NCBI RefSeq assembly: GCF_902652985.1
Contig: NC_047020.1
Location: 27,156,001-27,220,000 of the forward strand
DNA from: Pecten maximus
Lineage: Eukaryota
Direction: 5' to 3'
DNA length: 64,000 bases
Shown here: positions 1 through 12,330 of the stretch, one piece after another
Numbering within the stretch: position 1 is the stretch's first letter
Layout of the letters: each line of letters starts with the position of its first letter
Notes under the pieces: generated by a model
Told to the model about the DNA's origin: nothing
Databases searched by the model: none
Seen by the model: only the letters and a program-made list of their open reading frames with translations
Made by a program: the position numbers and the translations under genes

Positions 1-2
1 TG

Positions 3-155
3 ACAGTAATCGTTGTTGTTGTTTAGCTGACATATTTTGGTCGCGGTCACCTGTTCGCTGTTCCCTATTGTGTAACTCGCACAAAAACGTCCCGATGATA
101 CATCCAATCCCCACAACGCCATACACATCAGAATCAAATTTATTTCTGTATCTTT
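3..155 (+). other. Probable transmembrane/juxtamembrane-coding segment of the + strand gene, broken across frames
   Basis: Hydrophobic pieces in successive frames: TVIVVVV (3-23), ILVAVTCSLF (34-63), LLCNSHKNVPM... (65-). No single frame is open. Confidence 0.4.
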
Positions 156-313
156 AATGCAGAATTTATGGCTCAGAATGGTACAATAGATTTATTACGT
201 GTGGCTGAGCGGGCAATGTTAACGCCACATTAGGTTTGTAGACAGATATTTGTGCTGTGTTATGGACAACCTGTGTCTGTGAGAGATGTAATCCCTAATC
301 AATATATTTTCAG

Positions 314-467
314 AATGAGTCCAAAGAGAATATCGGGCGGACAGACGAAGATGAGGGGTTCGTAGAGACACCAGGTGGTACTTTGTCACATGACAGTGGT
401 CGTGGTGACAGTGTCCGTACACGTCACGACAGTTCTATGAGCCAACAGGAACTGATGATGAGTCAAG
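314..467 (+). CDS. Penultimate cytoplasmic exon of a second, convergent protocadherin-like gene (not in the ORF track)
   Basis: Acceptor tattttcag|AAT at 313/314 and donor CAAG|gtcagc at 467/468. Reads NESKENIGRTDEDEGFVETPGGTLSHDSGRGDSVRTRHDSSMSQQELMMSQ with no stop and contains a DSGRGDS (delta-Pcdh CM1-like) motif. Its phase-1 end fits the next exon at 646. Confidence 0.8.
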
Positions 468-645
468 GTCAGCCTCAAATTCAATGTCAAAAAAAAAAAA
501 ATACCCATTCTCATAAATCAAAGAAAAATTGGTCTTTAACTTCATAACATATTTTGTACAATGCTACTGATTAGAACTGTAAAGTGTTAAATACATTATA
601 ATTAGTCCAATGTTGAATTTAGATACAATTTTGTTGATCTTTCAG

Positions 646-1289
646 ATTCCAGACTGTTTTACTCATTGCCACGGTACCCAACAGGAAGTGGGGATACAGT
701 AAGTGACACACGATTCTCTACAGCCACATCAGAAGGTGTTTCTATACCAGAGAGCTGGCAAAATCGACCAGTGCCATCTCGACCAGTTTACAACAGGAAC
801 ATCAGTCTGGATGAACAAATGTTACGAGATAGACAGAAAGGTCAAACATTGTCAAGTTTTCGTGAAGATGCAAGGTTTTCTTCAACAGACTCGGCCATTG
901 TGCCTGTGAGTAAGAACTATAAACAGAGTAATCCAATAGGATTAGGATTATCGTACGATAGTCATACATTACACAGACATTTACCGGGCCAGTATCCTCG
1001 ATCTTCAAACAGCGCTTCTACAAAACTGGCTCAAAAGCGAACACTTTCCCCAATTAGTGCGACCCCTGAGCCAAGTGAGGGTGGTTTCTCTAACTCGTCA
1101 TCTTCTTACGCACCCCACCCTCGCTCTCCCTCCCATCAGCCATATTCTGGAGTTCATTTCTTCAAGTCTGGTTCCCAGTCCAGCAGTCAGTCACAAACTG
1201 GAACCTCAATGAACAGTTTACGACAGGACTCAGTACAGCTAGAGTTTGATATAGAGAATCGACTCAACAGAGAGGACTGTATAGTGTAA
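646..1289 (+). CDS. Terminal coding exon (Ser-rich cytoplasmic tail) of the + strand protocadherin-like gene
   Basis: Acceptor gatctttcag|AT at 645/646. The phase-1 join gives D-SRLFYSLPRYPTG..., in frame with ORF 666..1289. Ends ...FDIENRLNREDCIV-TAA, followed by AT-rich UTR-like sequence with AATAAA at 1909. Confidence 0.8.
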
Positions 1290-1610
1290 TAGTTGTCAGT
1301 GTCCCAAGTTGGTCGAGGGGCTGTGGACAGATACATGACCTTTAGAGGTCATGGAAGGATATGGACCAGTTGCTGATCTCATGTTTAAATGATATCCAAA
1401 AGTGCCAAATATTAGAATATAGATTTAAGTGTAATTGTGTCTGAATGAAGTGAGATTGTTGAAAGGAGATATATTGTCTGTTAAGAAACCCAGATAGTTT
1501 CTAGGGGAGATAATGCTGAGTGTGGGTGTGTTCTATATATGGTATGTATATGATTGTTGAGGTTTAGATACTATATATAGCTGCTAGTTACTGCCAAGTC
1601 TGTTTGTTGC

Positions 1611-1633
1611 CTATATATATATATATATATATA
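1611..1633. repeat. (TA)n microsatellite
   Basis: Direct reading. Confidence 0.9.
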
Positions 1634-2128
1634 TTGTGTTTTTGATACTATCAAAGTTTACTTGATGTAGAAAATATTGATTCCATTATCAAAGAATAAC
1701 TTGTATCATTTTAATGGAAAATTTATATGAATAATTTATTTCTTGCGATGTTGAATTCATAAATGAAACTGTGTCATATTCATAAAAAGGACTGAATTTT
1801 GTAGAACTGTTTTTTGCTGTGTTATAAGCAGAGTATTTTATTATGCATGTATTTAACATCACGGTAGAGAGGTACATGCTCGGAAACAGATATACTGTGT
1901 TGTAGTGAAATAAAATATCACGGACAACAGTGTATACATTTGCTGAAACACACTTTCTCATGTTTAAGAAATCTTACAAACAAGTCACGAAGCAAACAAA
2001 CTTATGTAAACTAAAGATTTATTGGCTAGTAGGAAGAGATACTAAAGGAAACAGCTGATAATGTGTTTTATTATATAATATTTACTAGGGTAGCATTTGT
2101 AGTTCATGAGAGGTAAAACATACAAAAT

Positions 2129-3045
2129 GATGAAATCTTGTGTGGAAATCAGTTCTGGTATACAATACAGTTAATGAAATCTTGTGTGGAAATCAGTTCT
2201 GTATACAATACAGTTAATGAAATCTCGTCTGGAAATCAGTTCTGGTATACAATACAGTTAATGAAATCTCATGTGGAAATCAGTTCTGGTATACAATACA
2301 GTTAATGAAATCTTGTGTGGAATTCAGTTCTGGTATACAATACAGCTAATGAAATCTCGTGTGGAAATCAGTTCTGGTATACAATACAGCTAATGAAATT
2401 TGTGTGGAATTCAGTTTTGGTATACAATACAGCTAATGAAATCTTGTGTGGAAATCAGTTCTGGTATACAATACAGCTAATGAAATCTCGTGTTGAAATC
2501 AGTTCTGATATACAATACAGTTAATGAAATCTTGTCTGGAAATCAGTTCTGGTATACAATACAGTTAATGAAATCTTGTGTGGAAATCAGTTCTGGTATA
2601 CAATACAGTTAATGAAATCTTGTGTGGAAATCAGTTCTGGTATACAATACAGCTAATGAAATCTCATGTGGAAATCAGTTCTGGTATACAATACAGTTAA
2701 TGAAATCTCGTGTGGAAATCAGTTCTGGTATACAATACAGTTAATGAAATCTTGTGTGGAAATCAGTTCTGGTATACAATACAGTTAATGAAATCTTGTG
2801 TGGAAATCAATTCTGTATACAATACAGTTAATGAAATCTTGTGTGGAAATCAGTTCTGGTATACAATACAGTTAATGAAATCTTGTGTGGAAATCAGTTC
2901 TTGTATACAATACAGTTAATGAAATCTCGTCTGGAAATCAGTTCTGGTATACAATACAGTTAATGAAATCTTGTCTGGAAATCAGTTCTGTATACGATAC
3001 AATTAATGAAATCTCATGTGGAAATTAGTTCTGTATACAATACAG
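2129..3045. repeat. 44-bp minisatellite, ~21 copies
   Basis: Unit aatgaaatcttgtgtggaaatcagttctggtatacaatacagtt. Confidence 0.95.
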
Positions 3046-3529
3046 GAATTTCTGAACCATGTTGGCATTCAGATTAGAAATATTTTGAAAAGGAGGACAA
3101 CTTGTTTCATATTTGCTGAGTTGTGTAAGAGATCATGTTATAAGTCAGTTTGGGATGTTCCTGTACATATCAACTTATCAACTGGTAACATTTCAAATAT
3201 TAAATTGTTGCATTTATAAAACTAGAAATAAAAGAAAATATTTTGAAGCCTTTTGTTTGTTATTATTTGAACACAATGTATTACCAACATACTGAATGAG
3301 GTCCACTTGGCCTGTATTACCTGTTCTGCAGATCATAAAAGGAGCAGACATCGTTGAATTGTTGGAGGACCGGTTTTTGAAATGGAATATGTCAAGGATT
3401 TGGATACAAAATTAATGCCCCTTCTCTCCTGTATGAATGCTGCCTAAAGTCACTTAGTTACTTAGGTTATTCAGAGGAAATCTTTAATTTTGATGATTTT
3501 AGGAGAAAAGTAAGCCAATTTCATTCACT

Positions 3530-3790
3530 TGATTAAACCAATTTGGCAACACACATGGCAGACCAACATACAGTTTACTGGTCAAATATGACTGAAGGGC
3601 TCTTTTGTGAAAAGAAGCTGGTTAAATATTTTCATACATTTGACTCCTGTGACCTTATCGGGTCAAGGTCATCATTTTAACAGACTTTGAAATCCTTCCT
3701 TAAAACATGCTATTGGTCCAATATCTATTTGGTTCTTAGTCTTGGTCTGTGAAAAGCAGCTGTTTAAATATATAGCTAATTTGCCCTCTA
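3530..3790. mobile_element. Degenerate fragment resembling the internal core repeats of bivalve non-autonomous Helentron/pearl-like elements
   Basis: Two diverged ~150-bp units (tggtc(c)aaat...tgtgaaaag(a/c)agctg(g/t)ttaaatat) around tgacctt...ggtcaaggtca. Family assignment is from recalled resemblance only. Confidence 0.35.
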
Positions 3791-3849
3791 TCCTGAATGT
3801 ACAGAGAAGTGTTAACTATTAAATGGTGATCCCTAGGAACAGGAGGTCA

Positions 3850-4823
3850 TTATGAACAGTTGGTCCCTATAAACAGGTGGTGTTATAGATATGTGGTCAC
3901 TATAAACAGGTGGTGTTATAGATATGTGGTCACTATAAACAGGTCATGACTATAAACAGGTCATGACTATAAATGAGCGGTCAATATAAGCAGGTGGTCA
4001 CTTAACAACTGGTCCCTTTTAACAGGAAGTGTTATACACTAAACACACCGACACAATGAACATATGATGACTACGAACAACTGGTCACTATAAACAGGTG
4101 AGGACTACACACAACTGGTCACTATAAACAGGTGATGACTACACAACTGGTCACTATAAACAGGTGATGACTACACACAACTGGTCACTATAAACAGGTG
4201 ATGACTTTACACAACTGGTCACTATAAACAAGTGATTACACACAACTGGTCACTATAAACAGGTAATGACTACACACAACTGGTCACTATAAACAGGTGA
4301 TGACTATACACAACTGGTCACTATAAACAGGTGATTACACACAACTGGTCACTATAAACAAGTGATGACTACACACAACTGGTCACTATAAACAGGTGAT
4401 AACTATACACAACTGGTCACTATAAACAGTTGATGACTACACAACTGGTCACTATAAACAGGCGATGACTACACAACTGGTCACTATAAACAGGTGATGC
4501 CTACACAACTGGTCACTATAAACAGGTGAGGACTACACAAATGGTCATTATAAACATGTGATGACTACACACAACTGGTCACTATAAACAAATGATGACT
4601 ACACAACTGGTCACTATAAACAGGTGATGACTACACACAACTGGTCACTATAAACAGGTGATGACTACACACAACTGGTCACTATAAACAGGTGATGACT
4701 ACACACAACTGGTCACTATAAACAGGCGATGACTACACAACTGGTCACTATGAACAGGTGATGACTACACAACTGGTCACTATAAACAGGTGATGACTAC
4801 ACAACTGGTCACTATAAACAGGT
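3850..4823. repeat. 32-34-bp minisatellite (homogeneous from ~4075) with degenerate left flank
   Basis: Unit caactggtcactataaacaggtgatgacta(ca)1-2. Confidence 0.93.
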
Positions 4824-5684
4824 TGTTTATAATATAATTTCAAAAGTTTCATTAGACACAAGGGAAATAAATTAACCAAATTTATTCTACAAAATCCTTA
4901 AGTTTCAAAAACTCACCTCCCATTCTTTCTGGCTCAGATGGCAGCCTGCGGACGACCATTCTGTACTCACTAGACAAAGTCACAATAGAGCTGATACTTA
5001 CCATATTATCATAAACAAGTGTTCACTTTCATAATCTTTCGTTCTGAGTTTAAACCTCCAGTTTATTTCAGTATAGTTACCTGACAGATAACATTACATT
5101 ATAGGTTATATTGAATGTGGTATGTTTGGTCCTATTTACCAACATCTGAATGGAATGTGATATATACAGAGACATATTAGTATGTCCCTGACATCATAAC
5201 CACAACAAAATTTGAGAGAAGGTTTTCAAAACTGAGAACTGTGATGTGTGAAAGGAGTAAGTCAAAGAAAACTTTTAAAAATCATCTAAAAAATGAAATA
5301 ATTAAATGAATAAGTACAATCTTCGATAGTTTGGTAAAATTGTGTACATTACATAATACATTTTAATTACAAGAGTTATTTCCCTTCGACTCATACTCGG
5401 TCTCTTGTTAAAGTATCTGGGTGGTTAAAGGGAGACAATCCATAGTAAAAAAATGACCAAATGTGCATCACACAGGAAGTTTTATGAGACATTATTTTAA
5501 CGATGTGATCAACGTAAACTGTACACTGGAGCTAGACTTGATATTTATGGCAATAATCAATAGAAATAATATCCCCCATATGTGAAAAATTTAAAGTTTT
5601 TGTTTCTTTTTCACAAAACATGTTACTTTGAGTATTTTATACAGACAACCTTTAATGCACAGGCGACTTTTACAACAAGTGTCC

Positions 5685-5810
5685 TTTATAGACAGATGTT
5701 TTTACAGACAGGTATCCAATTTAGACAGGTAACCATTCTAGACAGGTATTTGTACAGACAGGTATCAATTTTAGACAGGTATTTTTATGGACTGGTATCC
5801 AATTTAGACT
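5685..5810. repeat. Degenerate ~17-bp agacaggt tandem repeat
   Basis: Recurrent (t)agacaggta motif, similar to the acaggt core of the 3.9-4.8 kb array. Confidence 0.6.
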
Positions 5811-6939
5811 GCTGTCCTTCAAAGAACCTTCAAAATCAGGTCCTTTTCTTTTTAAATATGAAAAGTTACACTGGATAACACATGTGTTGGTGTTACTCTG
5901 TCAAACTTTGACTGGGCACTGCCGCAGTGATAATTTGGTCCACCATGATAATTTAGTCCACACCAATCCAAAGATATCATTAATTATTCCAGCCAGACTG
6001 TATGATTGGCAGCTGACCACTGGAAAGGGTTGACTGACCACCCTGGACAGACATGTCTGTAATGTACCAGTCACTAGGGCCAGGGTGTCAATTTCTGGCT
6101 ATGGTCAGTTGAAGCAAATTAACAAAGGAATTAGTTTCTGTGTGAGTAAACCAACAAAACCAAAATCAGAAAACTGACCAACTGGACAAATGTCCGTCTG
6201 CTCAAACTCCTGTGGAAGCTGACATAATGACAACTGATTAGAGTCAAACTTTGGTTGAACAGATTCATTCTGTAATTAATTAATGAAAAATTTTGTCTAT
6301 AGTGGCTATAGTGATATGTACCAACATCAAAGTTAGCGGAGGGATCAAGTGTGGGTATTCAGTGTCTTAATCAAGTAAAGTATACCATCAAAAGTGTAAA
6401 GAAATTATAAAGAATTTTGTAAAGAAATGTTAAAAAGTAATCAATATTTTCATCTTTATAAAATATCAAACGCAATTTTTCTTTCATTATAATCTAGAAG
6501 TTTCCTAATCAGACGTGTGAATTCAATAACCAAAATTCCTCGGGGGAAAAACATAATTATACTTGCCAAGGGCTTATTTGCAAAATCCATGGAATTATCA
6601 TTTGTCATGCTTCTGGTAATCATAATTTCAGATGTCTACCTCCTGGGTAGGATCGATACAGTTGTCCTTTCAGCTAATTTCAAACATGTTTTGGAGAATG
6701 CACTTCTCTTAGAACTGCTTCATTTTGTAGCATATGATATAATGAATCGAAGATGAAAATTTACTTATCTCCAAGAATAAGTATATTTAGATATTCAGGA
6801 TGATTGGTTACCCTGGTGGGAACTATAAAGATGTTAGGGGTGTGAACTTTTATAGCGACTGTATGTTCAACATCATTATCAAAAGACAGGAGGATCCCTC
6901 AAGAAACATTTTTGGGTAGGTACAAAATTAGCATTGCGG

Positions 6940-8185
6940 AAAAAGTGTTATATGCGCCCATACCAGTCATTGATAGGTAAAAAGTGTTATATGCGCCCAT
7001 ACCAGTCATTGATAGGTAAAAAGTGTTATATGCGCCCATGTCAGCCATTGGTAGGTAAAAAGTGTTATATGCGCCCATACCAGTCATTATAATAGGTAAA
7101 AAGTGTTATATGCGCCCATACCAGTCATTGATAGGTAAAAAGTGTTATATGCGCCCATACCAGTAATTAATAGGTAAAAAGTGTTATATGCGCCCATACC
7201 AGTCATTGATAGGTAAAAAGTGTTATATGCGCCCATGTCAGCCATTGGTAGGTAAAAAGTGTTATATGCGCCCATACCAGTCATTATAATAGGTAAAAAG
7301 TGTTATATGCGCCCATACCAGTCATTGATAGGTAAAAAGTGTTATATGCGCCCATACCAGTAATTAATAGGTAAAAAGTGTTATATGCGCCCATACCAGT
7401 CATTGATAGGTAAAAAGTGTTATATGCGCCCATGTCAGCCATTGGTAGGTAAAAAGTGTTATATGCGCCCATACCAGTCATTATAATAGGTAAAAAGTGT
7501 TATATGCGCCCATGTCAGCCATTGGTAGGTAAAAAGTGTTATATGCGCCCATACCAGTCATTGATAGGTAAAAAGTGTTATATGCGTCCATGTCAGCCAT
7601 CAGTCATTGGTAGGTAAAAAGTGTTACAGTATATGCGCCCATGTCATGATCAGCCACCAGTCATTGGTAGGTAAAAAGTGTTATATGTGCCCATGTCAGC
7701 CATCAGTCATTGGTAGGTAAAAAGTGTTATATGTGCCCATGTCAGCCATCAGTCATTGGTAGGTAAAAAGTGTTATATGCGCCCATGTCAGCCACCAGTC
7801 ATTGGTAGGTTAAAAGTGTTATATGTGCCCATGTCAGCCACCAGTCATTGGTAGGTAAAAAGTGTTATATGCGTCCATGTCAGCCACCAGTCATTGGTAG
7901 GTAAAAAGTGTTATATGCGCCCATGTCAGCCACCAGTCATTGGTAGGTAAAAAGTGTTATATGCGCCCATGTCAGCCACCAGTCATTGGTAGGTAAAAAG
8001 TGTTATATGCGTCCATGTCAGCCACCAGTCATTGGTAGGTAAAAAGTGTTATATGCGCCCATGTCAGCCACCAGTCATTGGTAGGTAAAAAGTGTTATAT
8101 GCGTCCATGTCAGCCACCAGTCATTGGTAGGTAAAAAGTGTTATATGCGTCCATGTCAGCCACCAGTCATTGGTAGGTAAAAAAG
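6940..8185. repeat. Compound minisatellite: 39-bp units with a 197-bp higher-order repeat, then 46-bp units
   Basis: Shared core ggtaaaaagtgttatatgcgcccat. The ORF track repeats at 197-bp spacing (7087, 7284, 7481). Confidence 0.95.
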
Positions 8186-9699
8186 TTGTGGTCTACCGTC
8201 CCTCCTATCGCCCTAGCTCCTACACGGTAGTAAAAACTAATTATAGAGATTTCTGATTTCTTGGACAAGTCTCCGTCAACAGTCTGTGGGAAGCTCACAT
8301 TTCACTTAAATAATTAAGACTCGGGAATGTCTGTTGTTCTCAAGTCATTGTGTTAGACTGACCTAAAGTAAGTACACTGTGGTGCATTGTTCATGTTTTG
8401 CTTATTAGATTAAGATATATTGAAATCTCATCCGAACATTATCCGCTGGTTTTGTATTTTATCACATTTTAGATGTTCAATTTGATCAGGTCTCATCAAG
8501 ATTCATTTTGTTGATATCACTTTTTTTTAAAGCCCATTCTGTATAATTATATCTTACATCCCAAAATGATACAATCAGAAAATGTCTCAATGACGTCGGC
8601 ATTTTATACCATCAATGTGGAATCCCATCAATATGACAATGATAATATACTTTTATAAAAGATGTGGAAATGGAGTTGATCAAGTTTTCCATCCTTAACA
8701 ATAGGTCAAAGATGATACAGACTCTCCTGCATGAAAAAATAAATGACTAAACTAATTTCAAATAATCAACATAGTTTTGGAAATTAATTGTTTATTAATA
8801 TTGCTCAAATCAGGTTGAAATCAATTCTGCAGAGTTGGAACTATCTACAGAAACATTAATCTATTTTTTTTCACTTGATTGTATCCGGACCCAAATTCTT
8901 TGAGGTGATGGTTGTCATGACAATGTGATAACAAAGCTAGGATGTCACATGTGTGTGTAGGGAGTGAGGGTGGGGTGGGGTAGGGGATGTGGGTGTTACA
9001 CCCCTTTCTCTTCTTGGAGGCTCTATCTCCTCTATGAGGACACTACTAATTCAGGAAAAACTACAAGTCAAACATTTTATATTTATATTTATTTTTCATC
9101 TTTTGGTTCATTGTTAAAATGCCAGCAATTGACACAATTTAATATTTTATGTACAAATTATTCAACAAAATACATTAATATAGCTGTGATAAAGAGTGTA
9201 TAAAAACAACAGTGTGTATTCAATAAATACAACTCGATGTGTCTTATAAAGTCGGCCACACCAAGCGCATAACAGGAAAGTTGCTCAATGGCGAGCAACC
9301 GTTCTCTCGTTGCCTCTATTTTACAGATTTACAGATGCATGCATTTATACACATTTAGAACAAATTTTGATTATTTTCACAAAATCAGGCAACTACTTGT
9401 TGCGACATCAAGCAGAATTAATAACAATGCTTGCTAACAAATTAAAAATTTGTGATAAGATTTGAAAATAAAAGGTTGCCTTTTTCAGAGTATAATGTCA
9501 GATTATTAGTTGAATATTTTTAAGACAGAAACAATAGTCTAAAACTAATTAAAACAACAGAATGAACAAGATCGGACAAACAGATGAACAGACAAACAGA
9601 CAGACATATAAAGAGACAAATACTAATTTATGCAGGGTACTTTTTAAGCCCTGAGGATTATAAATCTGTATCAACCGTTCTCATACAGGATCAGGAACC

Positions 9700-10056
9700 T
9701 AACAAGTTCTCACACAGGCCAATGTAAGTAATACCTAGTTGTCAGAAAACTCACAGGAAGTTCTCACACAGGCCTATATAGGTACTGGTAATACCCAGCT
9801 GTCAGAAAACTGTCAGGAAGTTCTCACACAGGCCTATGTAAGTAATACCTAGTTGTCAGAAAACTCTCAAGAAGTTCTCACACAGGCCTATGTAGGTACC
9901 GATAATACCCAGTTGTCAGAAAACTCAAGAAATTCTCACACAGGCCTATGTAGGTAATACCTAGTTGTCAGAAAACTCTCAAGAAGTTTATACAGGCCTA
10001 TGTAGGTAATCCTAATTGTCAGGAACCTCTAAGAAGTTCTCACACAGGCCTATGTA
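9700..10056. repeat. Degenerate ~52-60-bp tandem repeat, ~7 copies, downstream of the protocadherin stop
   Basis: Unit aagttctcacacaggcctatgtaggtaatacctagttgtcagaaaactc. Confidence 0.85.
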
Positions 10057-10709
10057 AGAGTGAGAGAACAGCTGATTCAGTGTGGTTATTTTGACTAGAT
10101 GGGAAGTTTAGGATGGGAATATAGCACATATAATCTTAATATCTAAAGTCTCATGGGACTACAACGTCAAACTCCTGTTGTCCTAGCACTCGGACAAAAA
10201 GAGGGAAGTGAAGGGGAACAACTGTTTCCTCACGAGTAGAACAGTACGTCTGTGAAACAATAACTATTTAACAATCTCTAATGGCTGAAGAAAGTATGAT
10301 TTAACAGACGTTTGTTCATTTATAGCACTTTTGACAAGTTAAGGGAGCTTTTTTGAACGACACAAGATTGTAAGTTTTTTTAGGTCACTGGTATTAATGT
10401 AAGTTTTATTGTTCAGTATAGAAACCAGCTCCAGGAGAATTCAAACAGCACATTTATCACTGTCAGCAAAAATCTTTTTTTTTTTTGAAATTCCATCTCA
10501 TTTTTTCAGGAATCATACGATCACCTCATTCATACAGCACCAAACACGGTCAGGACAAGTCACTGTGGTAATCAATTTCAAAACAGTCGTCACATTTCTA
10601 AAATTTGACACAAATCTATGTAGCATTTTGAGACAGGACATCTATATTGTTAGTAAGGGGCAATATTTTGGCACTTATGAAAACTTGTTCTAAGTCATTA
10701 CACTAAACA

Positions 10710-11203
10710 TCACACAATGACATCATTGAAGAAGAGATTATCAATCTCATGTCGAAGTTCATCTGGGTTAATCGTGTAACTCCCGGATGTCGTTGTACTG
10801 TCGCCGTCATCATCACGTGTTGCAACACTTTCACTTATCGTGTCATCGATGTCCGCTAACGAATACTGAAGACCGAACATGCTACCTTCATTGAGAGTGT
10901 CTAGCTGAGATCTGTTACTGTGATCACGAAATCTACTGCCACCATATTGCGAAAACGAAGACAAGTTTTTGTGGGGACTTGCACCCCGTAGTTTTGATGG
11001 GTGTTTACAACTGTCAACTGTTGTGTTTGCATTCACACTGTCATCACTGAAACTGATGTTCCTATGGTAACCATCACCAGGGGGTGCTGCCTTGCCAGGA
11101 ATATCTTGATAATTGGAATGTAATGCATTCGAATGTCTAGATGAGTTTTGGCGGGAAAAGTCTGAGGTCTTGAGATCACTTTGGATATTTTGGCGTGGTT
11201 CTT
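10710..11203 (-). CDS. Protocadherin terminal coding exon 4
   Basis: Acceptor tatattacag|AA, phase 1 matching exon 3. In frame with ORF 10710..11228, ending ...DDDGDSTTTSGSYTINPDELRHEIDNLFFNDVIV-TGA. Confidence 0.9.
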
Positions 11204-11814
11204 CTGTAATATATAACAAAACATACATTAATTTTCCATCAAAACATCAAATGTGTGCTCAATAACTACTGGTAATAGAATATCAGTAACACTGTCTAAG
11301 GCTGGTCCATTGGGTTTCAAAAACAAAAGATTGACAATGAATATACTATTTCAATTTCCAATAAGAGATATCAATTCCAGAACTGTTTTAACAAACTTTT
11401 CCATAACTGCTGAGTGGACTCAATTTAAACGTCATCTATTTCACTTGAATTACGTACATGTACAACCTTTTTTATCTGAATGTTCATTGAAAGAAATTAT
11501 GGAGACACTATTCCAAGGTCCAAGCTATAGTATTGTGTTTCAATATAACCGAGTACAAAAATATTAGTCAAAGAAGATTAGCATACGTACATCTAAAGCT
11601 TTCAGATCGATCAACTGTTTTATAATACAAACATGCAAAAATACACATGCTCTTGAGAACTTTTACACCTGCTGCACACCTGTTGACGATGTTAAGAAAA
11701 CAGGTGTGTCTATATCTATGGTGCAGAGGGTATATGGACACACAACAGTAAAGTGAGCTTCTGCTACAGTCACTGATACAAATATACCTGGTACAGACAC
11801 TTAGCATGAAGTCA

Positions 11815-12330
11815 TAGGACAAGGGCCTACCATGTACAGAGCCTGAAGGACATGTAGCTAAAAGCCTTAGGACAAGGGCCTACCATGTACAGAGCCTGAA
11901 GGACATCTAGCTAAAAGCCTTAGGACAAGGGCCTACCATGTACAGAGCCTGAAGGACATCTAGCTAAAAGCCTTAGGACAAGGGCCTACCATGTACAGAG
12001 CCTGAAGGACATCTAGCTAAAAGCCTTAGGACAAGGGCCTACCATGTACAGTGCCTGAAGGACATCTAGCTTGAAGCCTAAGGACAAGGGCCTACCATGT
12101 ACAGAGCCTGAAGGACATCTAGCTAAAAGCCTAAGGACAAGGGCCTACCATGTACAGAGCCTGAAGGACATCTAGCTAAAAGCCTTAGGACAAGGGCCTA
12201 CCATGTACAGAGCCTGAAGGACATCTAGCTAAAAGCCTTAGGACAAGGGCCTACCATGTACATAGCCTAAGGACATCTAGCTAAAAGCCTTAGGACAAGG
12301 GCCTACCATGTACAGAGCCTGAAGGACACC
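11815..12330. repeat. 53-bp minisatellite, ~10 copies, in protocadherin intron 3
   Basis: Unit ggacaagggcctaccatgtacagagcctgaaggacatctagctaaaagcctta. Confidence 0.95.

Noticed and set aside
1275-1289. C-terminal DCIV as a CaaX prenylation signal
   Set aside because: Cys is third from the end, not fourth.
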